Below, piece by piece: positions 60,825 through 64,000 of a stretch of 64,000 bases of DNA. A program made the position numbers and the translations under genes. The notes below the pieces were generated by a model. It saw nothing but the letters and a program-made list of their open reading frames with translations. It was not told where the DNA came from and did no database searches. The stretch comes from Bacillota bacterium (lineage in GTDB: Bacteria > Bacillota > Sulfobacillia > RBS10-35 > Bu92). How positions within the stretch are numbered: position 1 is the stretch's first letter; every line of letters begins with the position of its first letter. The DNA lies in the NCBI GenBank assembly GCA_014896375.1, contig JADBKN010000009.1, positions 75,088 through 139,087 of the forward strand, in the 5' to 3' direction.

Positions 60825-62166
60825 TCTCGCCCGCCAGGAGGCGCCGCCCGCCGGCGCCTGTGTCCACGATGAGCGCGCCCGCGGCGTCGATGTCGACCGC
60901 CCGGCCGCGCACCGTCTCCGCGCCGTGGACGATCTCCACCTCGCGACCGAGGGTCACCGAGAGCGCGCGCCAGGCGCCGGCCACCGCCTCCGGGCGGCGG
61001 TCGAGGTCGTCGAGCAGCGCGTCGAGCTCCGCTAGGAGGCTGCGCGCGAAGGCGGGCCGCGCCACCGGTCCGCCGCTCTCATGCAAGAGCGAGGTGGCGC
61101 GCGCACGCACGTCCGGCGGGAAACGGTGGCGCGGCAGGTTGAGGTTCACGCCGATGCCGACGATCACACCGGCCGCGGCCGGATCGGGGCCGAGCACCTC
61201 GACGAGGACCCCGGCCAGCTTGCGCCCCTGCACCAGCACGTCGTTCGGCCACTTCAAGCCGCAGCGCACGGCCGCGGCGCGCGCGGCCGCCCGGGCCACG
61301 GCCACGCCCGCCGCCAGCGGCAGGAGCGTGAGCCGCTCCGGCGGCCAGGCCGGCCGCAACACCACGGAGAGCGCCAGCGCCGCGCCGGGCGGCGTATGCC
61401 AGCCGCGGCCGCGCCGGCCGCGGCCGCGCGTCTGCTCCTCCGCCACGACCACGGCGCCGGCGGGCGCGCCGGCCGCCGCCCACTCCCGGGCCACGTCGTT
61501 CGTCGAAGCCGTTGTCTCCAGGCAGCGCACGGCGGTGCCCACATGGCGCAAGCGTTGCGGGGGCAGGAGGCTTTCGGGGGTGTAGACGTCCGGCTCCCAT
61601 TGCGGGAAGGGACCCCAGGGTCGCACGCCCTGCTCGGCAGCCAGCTGCGCGGCGCGCGCCGCCGCGCCCGCGCCGAGCCAGGCGGCCGCCGTTTCCGCGG
61701 GGAGCAGGTCCAGAAGCGGCTGCAGCGCGAAGGCGCGCGCGCCCAGGCGCGGGTGGGGGAGCGTGAGGGCAGGTTCCTCGCGCCGCAGGAGCTGTCCACC
61801 GGCAGCGCCGTCGCCGGGCACGGCACAGAGGAGCAGGTCGATGTCCAGCGTGCGCGGCGCCGGCTCCGGCCGCGCCGCCCCATCCGCTCCGGCCGGGCGC
61901 ACGCGCCCGTAGAGTTCCTCGACCGCCAGCGCCCGCTGCAAGAGTTCTTCCGGCGCGCCCGGCCACTCCACCTCCAGCACGGCATTGAGGAAATCCGGCT
62001 GGGGCGCGGGCACATCCTGCGGGCGCGTCTCGTACACGGGAGAGGCGCGGAGCACGCGCGCGCCGGCGGCCGCGAGGCGCGCGGCGGCCGCGGCCAGGTA
62101 GGCCTCGCGCCGGCCGAGGTTCGAGCCGAGGCCGAGGTAGGCGAGGAGCGCCGGCTCAGCCGCCAC
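60814..62166 (-). CDS. folK-birA: Single 450-aa ORF fusing HPPK (FolK, N-terminal ~170 aa) to a group-I biotin--protein ligase (BirA catalytic plus C-terminal domains, ~275 aa)
   Basis: N-terminus: LGLGSNLG…PVYETRP…PDFLNAVLEV…PRTLDIDLL…LPHPRL (HPPK). C-terminus: …RCLETTASTNDVAREWAAAG…VVVAEEQTRGRGRRGRGWHTPPG…GLKWPNDVLVQGRKLAGVLVE… (BPL). There is no stop codon and no RBS-backed start between the two halves. Confidence 0.6.
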   Translation of the reverse strand: MAAEPALLAYLGLGSNLGRREAYLAAAAARLAAAGARVLRASPVYETRPQDVPAPQPDFLNAVLEVEWPGAPEELLQRALAVEELYGRVRPAGADGAARPEPAPRTLDIDLLLCAVPGDGAAGGQLLRREEPALTLPHPRLGARAFALQPLLDLLPAETAAAWLGAGAAARAAQLAAEQGVRPWGPFPQWEPDVYTPESLLPPQRLRHVGTAVRCLETTASTNDVAREWAAAGAPAGAVVVAEEQTRGRGRRGRGWHTPPGAALALSVVLRPAWPPERLTLLPLAAGVAVARAAARAAAVRCGLKWPNDVLVQGRKLAGVLVEVLGPDPAAAGVIVGIGVNLNLPRHRFPPDVRARATSLLHESGGPVARPAFARSLLAELDALLDDLDRRPEAVAGAWRALSVTLGREVEIVHGAETVRGRAVDIDAAGALIVDTGAGGRRLLAGEITG

Positions 62167-63301
62167 GGGTGCGCACCACCTCGACGGCGACGTCGTTGAC
62201 GGGCCCGCCGAGGGGCGCGCGCGGCTTGTGCACGCGCACCCAGGCGGCCGTCACGGGGAAGCGGGCGAGGAGGCGCTCGGCCACGGCCTCCGCCAGGGCC
62301 TCGAGGAGGTGGCGGCGCGGCCCCTCCAGGACGGCCGCCACCTCGCGGTGGACGGCGGCGTAGTCGACGGCCTGGGAGAGGTCGTCGCTGCGCGCGGCCG
62401 CGCGCCAGTCGCCGTAAAGGCGCACGTCCACGACGAACGGCTGCGGGACGCCGCGCTCCTGCGGATAGGCGCCGTGGTCGGCCTGGAAGCGCATACCCTC
62501 AAGGAGGATGGCGTCCGCAAGGGGCGCTGGAAAGCCGCGGCAGACGGCGTCCACCATGCGCACGGCGCGCGCCGTGAGACGCACGTTGTGCACGCGCACG
62601 ACGTCCGCGCACTGCGCGGCGGCGAGGGCCGCGAGGCCGGCCGTGGCCTCGTCCCGCTCCTCCGGCGGGAGGCCGGTGACCAGCCCCAGCGTGCGCTTGC
62701 GCGAGGGGCCGTAGACGAGCGGCCGGCCGAGCGCCTTCAACTGGCCCAGGCCGCGGGAGAGGGCGAGGTTGACGGCCGCTCCCTTGCCGAAGCCGAAGCC
62801 CGGATCCACCCAGATTTTCTCCCGTGCGATGCCGGCGCGCTGCGCGCGCTCCACAAGGGCCTCGAGCTCCCGGCGCAGGGCCGCGGCCACGTCCGCACCG
62901 GGCGCGCCGCCGCCCGGCTCCCCGTGGTGCACGAGGATGATGTGCGCGCCCGTCTCCGCCACCGCCGCCGCCATGTCCGGGTCGCCGCCCAGCGCGCGCA
63001 CGTCGTTCACGATGGAGGCGCCCGCCGCCACGGCGCGCCGCGCGACCTCGGCCTTGTACGTGTCGACGGAGATCGGCACGGGCAGTTCGGCCGCCAGCGC
63101 CTCGATCACCGGCAGCACGCGCCGCAGCTCCTCTTCCAGAGGCACCGGCGCCGCGCCCGGGGCCGTGGACTCGCCGCCGACGTCGATGATGTCGGCGCCG
63201 TCGGCCACCATGCGGCGCGCGTGCTCCAGGGCGGCGGCCGGGTCCAGGTAGCGGCCGCCGTCGGAGAAGGAATCCGGCGTCACGTTGAGGATCCCCATCA
63301 C
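62156..63301 (-). CDS. folP-folB: Single 381-aa ORF fusing dihydropteroate synthase (FolP, N-terminal) to dihydroneopterin aldolase (FolB, C-terminal)
   Basis: N-terminus: GILNVTPDSFSDGG…DIIDVGGESTAPG…VDTYK…SIVNDV… (DHPS). C-terminal ~120 aa: …ILLEGMRFQADHGAYPQERGVPQPFVVDVRLYGD…VDYAAVHREV… (DHNA). No stop between the halves. Overlaps the folK-birA start by 11 bp. Confidence 0.65.
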   Translation of the reverse strand: MMGILNVTPDSFSDGGRYLDPAAALEHARRMVADGADIIDVGGESTAPGAAPVPLEEELRRVLPVIEALAAELPVPISVDTYKAEVARRAVAAGASIVNDVRALGGDPDMAAAVAETGAHIILVHHGEPGGGAPGADVAAALRRELEALVERAQRAGIAREKIWVDPGFGFGKGAAVNLALSRGLGQLKALGRPLVYGPSRKRTLGLVTGLPPEERDEATAGLAALAAAQCADVVRVHNVRLTARAVRMVDAVCRGFPAPLADAILLEGMRFQADHGAYPQERGVPQPFVVDVRLYGDWRAAARSDDLSQAVDYAAVHREVAAVLEGPRRHLLEALAEAVAERLLARFPVTAAWVRVHKPRAPLGGPVNDVAVEVVRTRGG

Positions 63302-63388
63302 ATAGGTGCGCCGGCCCCACTGGAAGTCCGGCGCGCAGAGAGGCTTGTCCAGCTGTACGTCCCTCGCTTTCCTCGCTCGGCCGCGGCG

Positions 63389-64000
63389 CTAACGGAGGCG
63401 CAACGTCCAACGCGCGTGCCGCACCCACTTCTGCACTTCGAGCCCCTCGGCCCCGGGGTTGAGGACGTAGAGGTTGCCGTCGCGGTCCACCCGCGCGTAG
63501 GCCCCCAGCGCGGGCTGGTCGGGCGCCGCCGGCGCCGGCGCCGACCAGACGGCGCGGCCGCGGCCGTCGATCTTGACGATGCGGCCGTCGGGCGAGCCCA
63601 GGTTGAGCCCCACGTAGAGCCCGCCCCAGCGGTCGAGGCCGAGGATCTGGCTCTGGCGCAGCTCGGCTTCCGTCTGCACGCGCAAGGCGCGCAGCGGGCG
63701 GCCGTCGGCGCCGAAGACGTGGATCAGGCGCGTGAAGGCGCTGCCCTCGGGTGAGAGCGCGTACAGCCGGCCGTCGTTCCCCAGCCCCAGCGACTCGACC
63801 GAGTCCGGCAGGACCGCCCGGCCGCCGTCCACTCGCGCGCCGCGCTCGTCCACGATCTGTTTCGCCAGCACCGTCCCTGCGGCGTCCTGCTCCAGGCGGC
63901 GGATCTCGCGCTCGTAGCTCGACGGCGTGAGGCGAACGGCGTCGACGACCGGCCGGCCCTCCGCGTCGACGGCCAGACCCTGCACCGCCCAGCCGCGCAC
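63389..64000 (-). CDS. Hypothetical protein, C-terminal part (gene continues beyond the window end). Possible beta-propeller repeat protein.
   Basis: Open frame to the window edge. Repeated …DGRLYAL…/…DGNLYVL… segments suggest a repeat or propeller fold. Confidence 0.4.
   Translation of the reverse strand: MRGWAVQGLAVDAEGRPVVDAVRLTPSSYEREIRRLEQDAAGTVLAKQIVDERGARVDGGRAVLPDSVESLGLGNDGRLYALSPEGSAFTRLIHVFGADGRPLRALRVQTEAELRQSQILGLDRWGGLYVGLNLGSPDGRIVKIDGRGRAVWSAPAPAAPDQPALGAYARVDRDGNLYVLNPGAEGLEVQKWVRHARWTLRLR

Overview
This is a very high-GC (~70%+) chromosomal window from an endospore-forming Firmicute-like bacterium. It is almost entirely core-genome sequence. Gene order follows Bacillus subtilis in several short syntenic blocks. 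One is nadK-recN-spoIVB-spo0A. Another is dacF-spoIIAA-spoIIAB-sigF-spoVA(C,D,EB,F)-lysA, followed by scpA-scpB-ytfI-ytfJ. Others are ku-ligD, panB-panC next to birA, citZ-icd, and folP/folB/folK...lysS-rrn. The window also carries nuoN (3' end), nrdR-nrdJ (B12-dependent class II RNR), pstSCAB-phoPR, ald, xerD, lgt and selA. A steA/steB pair sits directly downstream of spo0A. An amino-acid ABC transporter is followed by a FAD oxidoreductase, and greA is present. Many adjacent genes overlap by ATGA/GTGA/TTGA, which indicates translational coupling. The six-frame track contains many long spurious ORFs, as expected in GC-rich DNA where stop codons are rare. The most notable observations follow. 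A 16S rRNA gene has an intact sigma-A-like promoter and 5' end but stops abruptly at about E. coli position 540. Next to it lie a decayed transporter remnant and an N-terminally truncated glycerate kinase. Two in-frame folate-pathway fusions are present, FolP-FolB and FolK-BirA. A Ku-LigD(ligase)-LigD(polymerase)-SNF2 helicase module is tightly coupled. A roughly 530-bp non-coding gap carrying a 62-bp-period tandem repeat separates spoVAF from lysA. Two uncharacterised genes are coupled within the sporulation neighbourhood. No CRISPR array, transposase or prophage genes were found.
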